Both the position numbers and the translations under genes were made by a program. From assembly GCA_963693365.1 (NCBI GenBank), contig CAVNZM010000017.1, forward strand, positions 1,775,989 to 1,839,988: 64,000 bases of DNA. Direction: 5' to 3'. Numbering within the stretch: the first letter of the stretch is position 1; each line of letters starts with the position of its first letter. The notes under the pieces are model-generated. The model saw nothing but the letters and a program-made list of their open reading frames with translations, was not told the origin of the DNA and made no database searches. This DNA comes from Amoebidium appalachense (taxonomy: Eukaryota; Protista; Ichthyosporea). Of this stretch, positions 12,581-64,000 are shown one piece after another.

Positions 12581-13480
12581 TCTCTCTGTGTACATGTGTG
12601 TGTGCGTGCATGCATGCACGTGTGTGTGTGTGTGTGTGTGGGGGGGGGGGGGGGAGTAGCAAAGTTCAAAGAGTGCTTGCCAGGTTGCAAGGCTTAAAAA
12701 CAGATGAAGATTTGCAGTGGGAAAATTGAAATGCACATTGTCAAAACGACACTTTATTCCAAACTCTTCTTTTTAAGATTTTTATAACGTCTTCACTTAG
12801 GCTCGACCACAATGTTCAACCGATACTTCTGTTTTTAGACGTTTGTTTATAATTAAGTTTTGCCCAAATTTAAACTGCACTTACCACTTTTGGAGTTGGG
12901 TGGAAAAGGGAACCGGCCTCACAACAAACACTAATGCAAATAAACCGGGGTACCTGGCTTCTACCGCCATCAAAAAACACAACCACAACATATTCATCTG
13001 TCTCGTTCAAAAAAAGAAACAAAAAAAATAAACAAACAAACAAACAAACAAACAAACCAAAAAAAAAAGATCTCTCTCATTCCGTCACGGTGATTCAGTA
13101 ATCACACAAACACTGATATATATATCCGTTCGAGTTTTCACCGTTACCCTTCCCTCTTCTGAGTTCCAGAGACAATAAGCACATCAGCCCAAAAAAAAAA
13201 GGGGGGGGGCTGCAAACTAAAAAAATAGTACAACAAGAACTAAACCAACCACAACACACAACAGTAAACCAAGGCTTTATGTTGATTAAGAAATCATTAG
13301 TAAACAACTATTAATGGTACCAAGCTGCAAAAAGAACCTAGAATGAAAAAAAATGAACCATCACACACAAAGTTAACCCGCCTTCCTGCCAATCCACAAC
13401 CTATCGTATCACTCCACTCCACCTATTCATCCCCCCCTCCCCTTTTAACCCCTTTCCACATTGCATTCCTTATCATCACA

Positions 13481-14041
13481 TCATACTGGCACATAGCCAG
13501 GGTTGTTCCGTTTGCAAGTCTGACCCGACCCTACTCGAAAGCTTTGCAACGGGCCAAAGAACCGACCGATTGCAGGCGGGGGCAGGAGGCAATGTCGATG
13601 GAGAGGAGGCTGGGGCACTGAGTGAGGAAGGTGATGCTGGTTATGCTTACCTGTGTGTGTGTGTGTGTTTGTGCGTGCGTGTGTGTGTGTGTTTGTGCGT
13701 GTGTGTGTGCGTGTGTGTGTGCGCGTGTGCGTGTGTGTGTGTGCACGCGCGCGCGAAGATGGTGGTGGTAAGGACATCAGTACGGAAAGAAAACTAAGGA
13801 ATCGAGCTATGACAAACCGACATTGTCTGGAGATAACAAAAATGCAACGGCCAGACAAAGGGGATTTGATAATAATATGGCTATAGAGAGATGCAGCGAG
13901 GGATTCTGAAAGGGCGGGCAGGGAGGGAGGAAAACGAGGGGGGGGGGAGGGGGGAGGGACCAGACGACAGGGAAAAAGCGGAGAAAAAGGTGGGTGAGTG
14001 TGTGAGTTTGTGGGCGGGTGGTGAGTCTGTGTAAGCCTGTG

Positions 14042-14073
<32 letters not shown>

Positions 14074-14808
14074 CCTTTTCTGGATAAAATTCTCTCTCTG
14101 TGTGTGGATGTGCGCGTGCATGTGCGTATATGCCCACACGCATCCCCTCTCCATCCCTCTCTCTCTCTCCCCCCCCCCCCCCCCCCCCCCCCCTTCCCTC
14201 CTCATCCTTTTTTTGGTCCATCTTTGCGTGCCTGTGTGTGAGCAAATTTGACGTGGGGGTGGGGGTGTAGGGTGGGGGGGGGGGAGGAGGGAGGGAGGGT
14301 GGGTGGGTGGGTGGGGAGGAGAAGGGGGGGGGGGAGGGGGGTTCATACATTATGCATCTTGAGGCTAACCAAATTTCTCAATCGTCCGCGTTTCGGAAAT
14401 GTCGACAAGACTTGGCATATCCTCCAATTCCAAATTCGTCAGCGATTCGACACCCCCCAGACCAGTGAGCTCGGTGATTGGTTGGTTCTTGGCCCCCCGG
14501 ATCGGAGTGCAGGCGCACGTGCGTGAGCTGCGGCATACCCTATTGGTGATATTTTATTGTTAAAATATAAAATGTGTTTTTGGACAGGAACTTCGGCAAC
14601 AACACCATACCTTGGAGCAGCGTGATTGGATATGAACGTAGCAACGGTAACATCAAACTTTCAGGAAGTTGCCAGTTTAGGTAGGCAGTTAGAGCAACTT
14701 AATGAGGTATTGTTTTTAGAGCAACATGCTTACACGTAGTTTTGGGGGAACATGCTCGGATATAATGTCCCCAAAAGACATGCTCCCAGATGTTTTCAAG
14801 GATTTGCG

Positions 14809-14840
<32 letters not shown>

Positions 14841-17426
14841 TTATCACACATCCTGTGCACATGGCTGATGTTGTATACTTGAATGTTTGCCTTTGCATGT
14901 GTCCTGCACCATGCTTCTCGTCGTGTATGCGTACTCCGTACCGTGTTCCGCATTCAAACCCCCCCAGTCTTCTTTCAGAGGTGTCCTTTCAGGACAGACC
15001 ACTGTGTGGAGACCACTTTACTTCCATGCAACCGGGCATGGTTGCTCTGTGTCGTGCATCTGTAAGCACATACGCATTTTTCGCTGCACTGCATTAGTTT
15101 GCACACACATCTTCACCGTTTTGCTCACCTTGCTTGCATATAAGCAACCCTGCTCGTCTTTGATCAAAACGGGTGTGTCAGCAACTTCGTGATGGTGGTG
15201 GTAATGGTGTTGGTGTGTATGGGTGCACGTCAGTATGTTACAGGTGTGGGGCAAAAAAAGGAAGGTTCCTCACTGTGTGTATGAACGGACCCGATGTGTT
15301 TATCTTTCCTTGCATAATAAAAAGGATAAGTTCAAAGGGGGGGTGTGTGCTTCAGACGGCTGAAATTCAGACGGCTGAAACAATACCAAAACTAGAAACA
15401 AAACAACGTCATCACGGGTGTGTGTGTGTGGGTGTTTGTGTGTAGAAGAGGGGAGGGGGGGGGGGGGGGGGGGGGAGAGGGGGGGAGGGGGGGGGGGGGG
15501 GGGGTTGTATGTTTTTTAGAGTGAGAATTACATATAAACAACAGAAAGCACAATGCAGAGTGCTGACCGCACATAGGGTGTATGCATAACAAGCAGAGCC
15601 CATCCTCAGGGAGAGATGAGAGATGACAAACACACACACACACGTGCACACACGTCCGCGTGCGCCCGCGCGCGCGCGCACACACACACACACACGGAGC
15701 GAGAGAAGGGTGTGTGTGTGTGTGTAAGTGTCTGTGTGTGTGTTGTGCGCACCCGAGGGGCGGAGGGAGGGGGGGTGGGGGGGGGGGGGGGGGGGGGGGG
15801 AGGACAGGGGGGACTCTACTCGATGTGTAGCTTCAGGTGTGTGAGCTTCGCACACTGTTTCACCGCCGTGGTCCGTTTTATCTTGTTGCACCCCTCGACG
15901 TGAAGATACTTCAGGGACCCGCTTTCCGGCACCACGATCGACTCGATATTTATCAAATCTACCAGGACCAACTCTTCCAATCGACTGCAGGCTGCGATTG
16001 CGTCGATGTTTGTCAAAAACCTGTGCCATTTCAGCACGAGTTTGTGTAAATTCGGCAGGGCGGAAATCTGATCGATGTTTGTAAGCTCGCTCCACCATGT
16101 CCTAAAGGTCCCGCGCTTAATCTTGTAGGACTCCACCCCGTCGATCGTGAGATTTCGTAGCCGATTACAGTTTTAAATTTTCGGAAATTCGTCCGATCTG
16201 TAATTGGTCAGTGTCAATGTTTCCAGGGCAGGGCACGACGAAAAATCAAATCCGTCGCGTCCTTCAAATGAGTTGCAACTCAAGATGCACCAAATTTTCA
16301 TGCATCGAATTTCCCAACCATTTTCGGTTGATTCCCAATTTGGGATATCTCTCTAGCCCCGCGGACCCCGTCAAATGTTTGATTTGGGGGAAAGGCGGGA
16401 GATCGCAGAAATACACCGGCCATTCTTTGTAACCCCCCAGATCCAAATAAGTCAAAATTTCAGCGTCTTCGAGCCGTTTCAGTGACAGGCGCATGCCGTG
16501 CTCCCGAGGATCCAGGCTTGTTCCGTCGGAATCCCCCCCACACGAAATTATTGACAATTTTCGCAGTGACTCGAGGGGGATCTTTTTTGTAAGAGACTCG
16601 GCCTTACGGTTCACCCGCTGTTCGAGCCCGTCCCATACATCGATTACAATTTCCGTTACATTTTCTGGGAAATTTAAGATTTGTTGCCATGAAGGCCGCC
16701 CCGGCCCCGTACGTGGAAACGCCGACTAACCTGACCTGCGTCAGATTTTTGAAACTACGAAAATCCCAAACGTGGGATTGGGGCAGGGTTTGGGGCAAGG
16801 GGACGAGCATCCCTCGACGGTTATCCCGGTCACAATGATACACGTGGCATTCAAAACTACCGATATTCGGACAGAATTTCGTCGCAATTTCCTGTATTTT
16901 CCTTCCGACTTCCTCCTCCATTCCGCTCGAAAGCGCCTTTGCGGACTTGCTCGCCTCCACGCCCAACGTTTCTAATCTGCTGCCGACTTTCTCCAAAAGG
17001 ACGATAATTGGGTCCGGGAACGATAGAGGTTTCCGCTGCTCAGCGCTGTTCCCAATAATTAACACACTTGGGTCGTCAAAAAGTATGCGTAAATGTTTGA
17101 GAATGGGCAGCTGGCCGAAAATCTCAAAAACGGAACTACCGTTCTCCTTCCGCGATGGCGCTGAGCCAATCCAGTCTGACCCTCAAACCCGCTATCGCCG
17201 GATACCACATGGAAATCTCTCCATTGCATAGTTGCAGGAAAAAACCAATGTGGTTTGGTTCCGAACAATCGATGTTGGATGGGACGTGCGAGCTGCAAAC
17301 GACGTTTCTTATCTGTCTGCACGTGTGGCTGAAGGAAAGGCGGCATTTCCAAGGGAGAAAAATGGACACCTGGGCCAAAATCTCCTCGGGAAGAGAGTGA
17401 ATGCCCGGACCGGCCACCGGGCACAT
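13481..17426 (-). pseudogene. F-box / leucine-rich-repeat protein gene with multiple disruptions
   Basis: ATG at 17426 gives the F-box MCPVAGPGIHSLPEEILAQVSIFLPWKCRLSFSHTCRQIR. LRR segments follow (LPILKHLRI, SLRKLSII, CPALETLTL, LPNLHKLVL, CSRLEELVL), plus further LRR exons at ~14349-14539 (ITELTGLGGVESLTNLELEDMPSLVDIS..LRNLVSLKM) and ~13531-13650 (CPSLLSIDIASCPRLQSV). Frameshifts near 17145, 16670, 16285 and 14390; in-frame TAA at 16173-16175. Confidence 0.8.
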
Positions 17427-17462
17427 CAGGAGATCCACCTGTAAGTGTGTGTGTGTGTGTGT

Positions 17463-17555
<93 letters not shown>

Positions 17556-18587
17556 AGCAGATATGAATCACATAACATTTGGGCTGAGGCTCACAAGAAC
17601 GAGTTGATGTGCGAAGGTGAGGTGGGGTGGGATAAGGTTGCATCAAACACGATGTACAGAGTCGGCCATGGAGAGCAGTGTTCTGTGTAGATGCATTGCC
17701 ATGAAAACACATTTTGCGCAGCACAGCAAGAACAGCTCTCAGGCTTCTGGGCCTGCGGCAAGGGGGAGGAGGGGGAAGGGGGGGGGGAAGGGGGGAGGGG
17801 GAGACAAGGAATGTACAGAAAACAAGGAAACCATGGAGGCCCGCTTTTCCCTGTGTTTTAAGGGGGTGTCGAGGGGTGGTGCACGTGTGAGTGTGCGCGT
17901 GCAGGCGAGGAGGGGGGAGCGGGGGGAGGGGGTGGGTCTCGAAAGAGAGTTACAGGGAGGGAGGGTGGAAGGGACCAAAGGATGGAGGAAGGGAGGGGCA
18001 GAGGGAGGGAGGGAGGAGAGAGGAGTGAGGAAGGGAAAGGGGGGGGGGAGGGGGAGGAAGGAGGGTGGGAGGGAGGGAGGGGGGGAGGGGGAGGGGGCGG
18101 CCGAAACGGAGGGTGTGAAAAAGTTACAGTCGCTAGAAAATACAGAAAAAAGAGTCAGAACCACAAAGCCACATCTCAACCTTTTGGCCACGTGTTCAAT
18201 AAATGCTTCATTCTTTAATACTTTCTTTTCTCACAAGTGCAAAAGAACTGAGGGACGAAGAAGACACGGAAGGAAAAGGGATGCGTAGGTCACAGCTGGA
18301 CTCTAGAGCACAAAATCGTGCGGCAAAAGGTAGCAATAAAACCATCACCAAAGTCATCGTCCAGAAATTTACAGCCGAAAGCATGGAGGAAGAAAGAATG
18401 CCACAAAAAAACTAAGAAAGAAAGAAAGAATTCGGAACTGACCTTTCTGTTTGGCTGGTGTCACCCCCTTGCGAGGAGCGCCGCGTGATGACATTTTGTG
18501 GAAAAACTCTATTGCATTATGTTAGTGTGTGTTTCCGATAAGCTACGGTGAAATAAAAGCGGGTAAAGGAAGAGAGAAAGGCGGGTT

Positions 18588-18775
<188 letters not shown>

Positions 18776-19238
18776 GGGGGGGAGCCTCGGGGGCCGGGAG
18801 CTCGAGAGAGAGATGAGAGAGAGAGCTCGAGAGAGAGAGAGCCTCAGAGAGCGTGGGCGCCCGCTGCTGAGCGCAGGACCGCAGGCTAAAAATAACTTTT
18901 TGTCGCCTTATCGGCGAGATCGCTACATAATGATTGGTTGGCCTTGTTGACAAGCGTTTCATTGGTCGACAGATAGCGCAATCACTCAAAAAGTCCAAAC
19001 GAAACAGCTGTGCACACGGTGTGCAGGCGAAAAGAACAAGTATCATTCAATAGAGTCCGTTGAATCGTTCATAAGCTTACCAATTGTGACAAGTGGAAAG
19101 TAGAAAGGGATTTTGTTCGAATGGGTAACTAGTAGAATGTGTAGCACTAGTTAAAGCTAAATCGCATCAATAACAGTTCGTTTGAGGTCCCAGGGGGTGT
19201 GTGAACCCTCCCGGCTGTGATCTGACAGTTTCGGAGAA

Positions 19239-45466
<26,228 letters not shown>

Positions 45467-46435
45467 GGCCTCCTTTCCACCTTCACGTTGATAGGGGATA
45501 GGCGAAAAGCAACGAGTTTGTAAGAGACTTGAAACACGAAGAGGCCATCCCGACCACTCCAAGGTTGCCAGAACCCTCATCGGCAGGCCGCCTTACCGGT
45601 CATGTGTCCACACAAGGCGACGTTGCAGATATGCTCATGTATGGCATGCGCATACACACATACAGGCAAGCGTGCACACACACACACGGATGTGCAGGCA
45701 AAAACGTGCGCCCACATTTATTTCTCATCTATAAGAGGCCTGGTGGTGGTGGTGGGGAGGGGGGTGGGAGGCGGGGGGGTAGGTTTGTTCTGTCGTTCAC
45801 ACGTCAAATTTATGTTCTGAAGTGCTGAAACTTTAAAGGGTGCATGATGATTGCTCGCTGAGGTCTTTTTTAAGTTTTACACGTAGATTTAAGGAATATG
45901 TGGTGACAGGGTAATGAATGATCTGGGTGGTTGAATAGCTGCAATATCATATTTATACACAATGCCCCAATGTATGAATGGTAATTGGTGTGGGTTGTAT
46001 GGGGTGCTAACCCTTTATACATACATTTTTTTTTTTTTGAATTATTGAAGGCTTGCTTACTGAATGTTGGTGTGTCATTTCCTGCGGGAATCCACATAGT
46101 GTTTTAAGTGAAATGAATGTGTACACACAGTATCTTTAACCCTATGAATATATACGTTTGGGCCGGCGGTAATTCCTTTGTTCTTGTTCGTCGTTTAAAG
46201 GCTAAAATTTATGAAATGAAGCACGCATATTCCTACGTTTTTTAAAACAGTTTATAAAAACTTTTTTTTGCTGGCCGAGTTGATTTTTTGACGGCTGTAA
46301 TTATATGTTTAGGTTCAATATGCGTGTATGAGGAAGGCGAAGTATGAACATGTACACACTTAAGAGAACTGCATGCAATAACTTTGGCTCACACAGCTAT
46401 GTGCATGTCATTTCGAGATACTGGTCTCTACCCCC

Positions 46436-46466
<31 letters not shown>

Positions 46467-46593
46467 ACACACGCACGCACACAAACGCACACACACACAC
46501 ACACGCACACACACACGCACACGCATACACATACACATACACACACACGTGTACACGGACATTGCATATACATGCACACGACGCAGGCATGCA

Positions 46594-46624
<31 letters not shown>

Positions 46625-47084
46625 CTCCCCCCTCCCCCAACCACCACCACCACCACCACCACGGCCCACCAGCACCACTGTCCACCACCACCCACGCAAA
46701 CCCAAAGAAAAGAAGAAAGAAGAAGAGGTAGAAAAAGACAAAAAAGAGAAACACGGTAAAAAATCATCTAGTAAAACAAATACGACCGTAACCCATTTCA
46801 GCTGACGTAAAATGTAAAACAAATACCGTAAAACAAATACACGCAAAACACGTAAAACACGTAAAACAAATACTTCACGTCTCATTTTCACTCGGCAACA
46901 CCCGGCACCCTGCGAGTAAACTTCAAAAAAAAAATTGGATTACAAACTAATAAAAAAGGTAGGAATATTCCAATTTTTTTAATTTTTTTTTAGTTTATTA
47001 TATATGCAATAGCTTATGCCTTTATATATTGTTTGCTCGGAGTGGCACCTTGTTGCCAGTGAAGAGCCTGAGCCACCTTTTGTG

Positions 47085-47146
47085 TTAACCAATCACCGTG
47101 GTTCATATAACACTAAATTTAGAAAAAATGCCTTTTTGGCGCCAAC
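47085..47146 (+). promoter_or_regulatory. Putative UFC1 promoter motifs (CCAAT and palindromic E2F-like TTGGCGCCAA)
   Basis: CCAAT at 47089-47093 and TTTGGCGCCAA at 47135-47145, about 370 bp upstream of the ATG. Confidence 0.35.
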
Positions 47147-47508
47147 TCAGGCTGCTCAGCTTACCGGCGCATTTCATGAATTCACGTTTGAGAAGCGCTT
47201 CTCACAGTCTCAGCTGAGAACGAGAACATGTGTGTCAGAGAACACAACAACAACACATGTACAACAGCGGCAGAAACGCGCAGCACGCATTCTAAATATA
47301 CACACCTTCACACAACACAAGCGCTCTGCCCACACATCTGCTCCAGGCTCACACCCGCACCCAGCACCCATTCCTTCCCAACCCCCCACACGCACTTTAT
47401 TCCCCATCAGCCCCCCATCCCCTTCCCCCCAGCCACCACCACCACCACCACCACCACCACCACCACCACCACACACACACACATAGCGGCACATTTTCAG
47501 TCAACACT

Positions 47509-51462
<3,954 letters not shown>

Positions 51463-51607
51463 CAACTACTCTCCCCTCCCACCCTCCTTCCGGTCCTTTC
51501 ATTTCCCCGTACGTGTTTTCATCTCTGTGAGCTCTCTTTTTTGTGCTTGTGTGTGTGTGTGCATGTGCGCGTTTTTGTGATTTGGTTGGGGCCCCCCCCG
51601 GGGGGAA

Positions 51608-51640
<33 letters not shown>

Positions 51641-52107
51641 TAGCTAGGCCTCCGTGTGTCTCTGTGTGGGTGCCTGGGTGTGCGATAAGGGGTTGGGGGA
51701 GAGGAGGGAGAAGTGGCTGGTGTTCGATTGCGTAGTAGGTTACACACAAATGTACATATATAGGTTGCCTAGGTATCATCGATATATAGACTGAAATCTG
51801 AAAGACCCCAAAGATACACATATAGACTAATATTCGAAAGACTCATTTCGAAAATCCATTCTGTGTCTTCTAATATCTCAATTTAGCATATTCTTCTTAA
51901 TCGGCAAGTATCAACCATCAATCTGTGAAGTAACCAGTAAATGACGACGAAATTCGCTGGCTACCGTTTTTATAGGTGCCTGTAGTTTCGGTTGATATAG
52001 ACACTATCCAAACCATCCCCCCCCCCCCCCCCCCCCCCTCCCCCCCCCCCCCCTCTCCACCAAGCCCCCTCCATGGGGGCGCAGACACAGGCACGTGCAC
52101 GACACGG

Positions 52108-52138
<31 letters not shown>

Positions 52139-52523
52139 GCCCCTTCCGAACTCCACACCACCACCCACAACAGACGCACTACTACACACACACATGCACA
52201 CACACGAATACGTAGAATTGTAGCTCCCCGTCCCCCCACCTTTCTTTCGCTCTCCCTCTCACTTTCTCTCTCCCTCACCCCCAGGTACCCTTGAACCCAC
52301 TGGGACAGGATTTTACACATATAGATATGTGGCGGTACATGAATTGTGCTATTAGATCTGGTCATTAGATTATACCTACAACAATCTATTGGACTTGCTC
52401 TGTGCAATGTTGTGCCGAAGTACATATGTGCTGCTCGAACAAATGCAATCGATAGCAATCAGTAGTAATGTGCCACGATAATTTTTCCTTTATTAATGGA
52501 GATTTGCAGACTCTTGTAATGAC

Positions 52524-52605
52524 GTCAGTTTGGCCGAGCGGTTAAGGCGTTGCACTCGAAATGCAATGGGGTCTCCCCGCACAGGTTCGAGTCCTGTAGC
52601 TGACG
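52524..52605 (+). tRNA. tRNA-Ser (anticodon CGA)
   Basis: 82 nt. Acceptor stem GTCAGTT/AGCTGAC, D-arm TGGCCGAGCGGTTAAGGC, anticodon arm TTGCA-CTCGAAA-TGCAA, long variable arm GGGGTCTCCCC, T-loop GGTTCGAGTCC, discriminator G, then an oligo-T Pol III terminator from 52608. Confidence 0.97.
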
Positions 52606-52644
<39 letters not shown>

Positions 52645-53107
52645 CTGTGATACATTTTTCTAAATCTAATCATAGTTATTAGTTTTCATATTTCAGGTGT
52701 GCCAACTACAAGTTTGTGTTACATAGTGGCTCAGTGGGTGGGGTGGGCGGTGGGTGCCGCGGTGAGTGGGTTACAGTATTTTGTGTATGCGAGGGGCCAT
52801 AGCTAAGTGGGTGCACATGTGTGAAGGTGCACGGCGTGTGAGGGTGTGCATCCATAGTGTTTGTGGGCATGTCTGTAACACCGACATGTGAAATTGTGTG
52901 TACAGGCACAAGAGGCAAAGCCGGGTTTTTTCTTTTCTTTTTTCTTTTTTCTTTTTTTTTTTTTTTTTTTTTTTTGGGGGGGGGGGGGGGGGGGGATGCG
53001 TCACAAGAGTACGAAGTGGGCTAACGACTTACAACACGAAGAGTATGCCAGATTGATTAGGTGTCTCTCCCCCAAGGGTTTTTTTTTTTTTTTTTTTTTT
53101 TTTTCAT

Positions 53108-53143
<36 letters not shown>

Positions 53144-53886
53144 GTATAGGTTCGCACACGTTGTCTCCCTTCCAAAGCAATTACTTTTTTGAACGTACAC
53201 CAATCCTGGATATAACAGACAACAATTGCAAGACAATAGTTGCGCATTTATTGGCTCAAATGCCCCCTGGCAGGAGACCCAAATGCCCATAGCTATGTTA
53301 AGTACATCATATGTATACAGGGAGAGACACAGCTATATATCACGTCTGAATATCTCGGGTCCGGTATATCTGAATTCTATCATCTCCGGACACTTTCATC
53401 AGGGGCACTCTACTACACACATGATCACTACACTGCACAAAAACTGACATCGACAAGATAAGCGGAGACTTGTTCTCGTATCTTCCACGGAAATCTAGAA
53501 TACTCACGGGGTACCTTGGACGCAATGCAAGAAAAAGATTCCTAAAAGCGAGATGTGCCCAAGCTCAAAGCTCTTAGTTGGTATCACAATGTACATTGCG
53601 TATTTCCCCCGCGAATTTGCTATTATCATATACCCAGAGAAAAGCCCATCAGAGTACGCCTACCACCTGGGCATAAATTCTGCTCCACGGGAGACATCTT
53701 TCCTCTCTATTCAGGCCCGTAGGGGAAAAAAAGAAAAGAAAAAAACGAAGAGAAAGAGAGAAACAGGAAGACCCACGCGTTAAAGTATACTATCGATACT
53801 CAAGGTTCTAATGTATTGGATGCAAATTATGCGCACTTCCATATATGGTACCAGTTACCATGGCAACGAGACCACCACATGTCGTA

Positions 53887-60895
<7,009 letters not shown>

Positions 60896-63800
60896 TTTTG
60901 GGATAATTTAGCAGACCTTTTTCTTCGTTTGTAATGGTAATAAGTGTAATTTAGGTGCAAAGAGGAGTGCGTGGCTGGTCAATGTGTGTCGGTGTAGTTG
61001 ATGTTACTTGTGTGTCTTGGTAGGCCTTGGGGTTTCAGTTGAGTTACTGACTATGGATATTCCAAGATCTTTAAGGAGGATTGCGGGTATACTAACAATT
61101 ATTTTTTTTTGCGACTAATATTATAGATGTATAAACACCTAAACACCAAGTTTATCTAAACGGTTGACCTTTTTCTCTTGGCTCTGCAGCTGGCAGACCT
61201 TAGCGGAGACAGTGTGTGGCTGTTGTTCCTCATTACGTAACCCCCTCAGTCCACTCAAAACCATTTACCCTCCTCATGCGCACCAAATATGGTTCTTAGA
61301 ACTGCGATTCTATAGGATCCCGGTTTCTAAGAGAAATGCCCGATCATCAAGTAGAGCACATACAGTACTCGTAATCCCCAACTTACCCGGTGGCGCACAA
61401 TGGTATGTACAGTACAGTCAGTTGAACACCCGGTTTCAAATACAAAAAGAAGTCTTATATGGAGATCTACAATTACAATATATATAGCAACTTCATACAT
61501 AATGTACACGTACACCATGCTTGCTTCAAACTTGGAATCATGCAAATGGGGTGCTATTTAGGCCATCGGATGCTTGACTCAGCTTGAGTTTACTGGAACG
61601 ATCTGATTGGTTACAACGTTTCAGACTGGCGGAGACTCGCCGCGGAGCCTCGGACCGTCCGTCCCACGGTCCCAGCCTTTCAGGGGCGGCTGAAAACAGA
61701 GAAGTCCATTTACAGTTCCTTAAAATTAGGTCTTTGTTTATAATTAATTAGATCTTTTGGGTACATTTGGGGAACGAAAATACTCTCAGATTTAGGCTAT
61801 AGATGGTCAAGGGTTGATCATAAGGGGACGCCAGTTTTTGGTCGGTCTCACGGCCATATAGAGGTGTTTCTGGATGGCCGTGGTCGGTCTACATACCGGC
61901 GCACGAACTCGAGATCTTCCCCAAGTCTTATCCAGTGGGCGCTGTCAGGATGAGCGCTGTAATGTCAGGAATGCAGCTCTTGTAGTTCCTAAAGTCTGTC
62001 TTTTGTTTTTTCAGATTTCAGATCCCTAATTGATTTTGGCGGCTCAAAATTGTAGTATTTGGCCCCGATTTTGGGCCCCACTTTTTGCCCAATTAGAAGA
62101 GAGAACGGTGAAATGCAACGACAGAGCGATCAACATGTACACACAGCGCACAGAAAAAGGTGCAATGATACGGCTGTGTACTCACCTCCACCCTCTCCCC
62201 CCTCCCCCCCCTTCTTCTCTAACTCCCCCCCCTCACCGGCCCCTCCCCCCTCCCCCTCCCCCCCCGCGCCACGCGTTATCTTATTTGGGGGAGAATGTGT
62301 TGTGCTGTTTATTGGCTTTGTCGGCACCAAGGCCAACAGTACATACTTCCACCCAACAAGTACAAATCGATGTTACACTTACATCATACAGATTTTGATG
62401 TGGAGATATAACGTATCAGATCACGGCCCTGCCGTGATCAGGTAGACATCATAGGTGGAGATATAACATTTTTCTTTCTTGTTTTCGTTGAGTCAAGTAC
62501 AAATTAGTCCGTATATTCTGAGACTGTATTACATTTATGTCCAGATAATCCATACACTTTTGGAACAGTAGAAACTCGCCAGAGTTAAGTATGAAATCAA
62601 GCACGGTAAAATTCGGTAGGTCTTTCACTGTGTCATGTGTATGGGCCCGGTCCCTCCAGACTCGGATTCGGAGCCCCTACTCGGACTAATCCTACTTTTT
62701 TTTAAGCTATGGTTTTATCCTATGACTATTTTCCACCTTGACTGAATGGTGCAAATTTCAAAGATAAGACAGTGGCCACTGGCTAATAGTAATATAGTAC
62801 TTTAGCTGCATTTGATTGGCTGTGCTGGAAAACGCAGTAGGCCGTCAAGTTTGAAGTGAGGCGCTGGGCCCTGGCCAGACAGTGTCCGTAGCCATAAATA
62901 TAGTGCGTAAACCACTGTACATATTTTTTATGCATTGCAGCATGCAAAAACGTAATTCTGAAGCCTTTGCACATTCCGTTCTTAAAAAATTCAACAGCTG
63001 GAGCGATCTGATTGGATACAAGGTTGATGTACAACTTCGTACTACTACTACTACTACTGTAAGCCCTACAGCACTACAAAGGCAACTTACAGCTTTACGC
63101 CCAATTATGCTTAGGACGTGATTGTTTTTAGCCGTTTTAGAAGGTTTTAAAACGGAAAAGGCGTGCAATAGCCATATAGTAGACAGGCCACGAACCCGGT
63201 CATATTCAGTGGTATGCCAGGACCTTTCAGGAATGTGACCCCACATAGTTTTGGTTATAAATGTTTCGTTTTCGAACAGTGACATTTTATAATTGGTGCA
63301 CGCACACAATCCTCCTACATATTAGTAAAATCCTACGCATATTATATTATTACCATTACTACTGAGATCTCGAGGCTTAAGCTGTGAATAACAATATATT
63401 GTGGGTTTTACGGGTTTTATGAAATTACATTCCATGTTGCACTTGCATAGTATACTAAAGGTATGGAGTGCCCTACGTATACTGCTTGGGTGTTGGGCAT
63501 CCCGGTGAAATCACAAACTTAATTAACTTATGCCATGATGTATGCTATTTATTTGTATATAAACGGGTACGTGTTTGCAGCATGCCGTGGTATGTGCGCA
63601 TGCATCGATGCTTCCAGGTACGATGATGATCACCCCAGCTGTGCATAAAAAAAAGGGTAACTAAAACTACTACAAATCGTGCCAACTGCATTCCTGACGG
63701 TTTTCTTGCATACATGTACAACTGAATAAACCAGCTTGTCAGCGCCTTTATATTTCCCAATCCTCCTACTAGTGACAGATCCAGAAACGAAAAGCTACTT

Positions 63801-64000
63801 GAAACTTGCTTGAAATGTAAGCATTTTTTTTTTTTCCCCTCCCCATGCATGCATGCATTTCCATTCATGATCATGACAAGCTCGCCGAGCTACCCGGGGG
63901 AGCGCTCCCCAATTGCAAGTTGAGTGGCTTTTTGGAGTCTTCCACCCTTTCTTGGCCTACAGCATAAAGGCAGTTTCTTTTCTTTCCTTCCTTCTTTCCA

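Noticed and set aside
62030-63874. Non-repetitive ORFs near the window end (e.g. 62783-63034, 62845-63309)
   Set aside because: They are short, overlap on both strands, and show no recognisable domain or consistent exon chain.

Overview
Intron-rich eukaryotic DNA, densely filled with (CA)n/(GT)n, (GA)n and poly-G/C/A/T runs. Almost all ORFs in the supplied track are translations of simple repeats, so the genes were rebuilt by hand from GT-AG exons. In order along the window: (1) the 3' end of a LIN37-like gene (+); (2) an intronless small secreted Cys-rich protein (-); (3) a 5'-truncated non-LTR retrotransposon with RT, RNase H, a zinc finger, poly(A) and a perfect 16-17 bp TSD (-); (4) a disrupted F-box/LRR gene (-); (5) a ~30-exon formin (+); (6) UFC1 (+); (7) tRNA-Ser(CGA) (+); (8) a Btz/BCLAF1-THRAP3-motif RNA-processing gene (-). 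The most striking item is the formin architecture: PTEN-like pseudophosphatase (catalytic C->S), C2, UBA-like, FH1, FH2, DAD-like, then a CLIP-170-type CCHC zinc knuckle ending in an acidic-aromatic EETW-COOH tail. This suggests a membrane-binding actin nucleator that docks on CAP-Gly microtubule plus-end proteins. Also notable: acceptors use (CA)n instead of a polypyrimidine tract, exon ends are echoed as 'ghost' copies in introns, and a dispersed element always ends at a poly(C) run. The organism cannot be identified from sequence alone; a unicellular opisthokont/holozoan is only a guess. Some homopolymer frameshifts are probably assembly errors.
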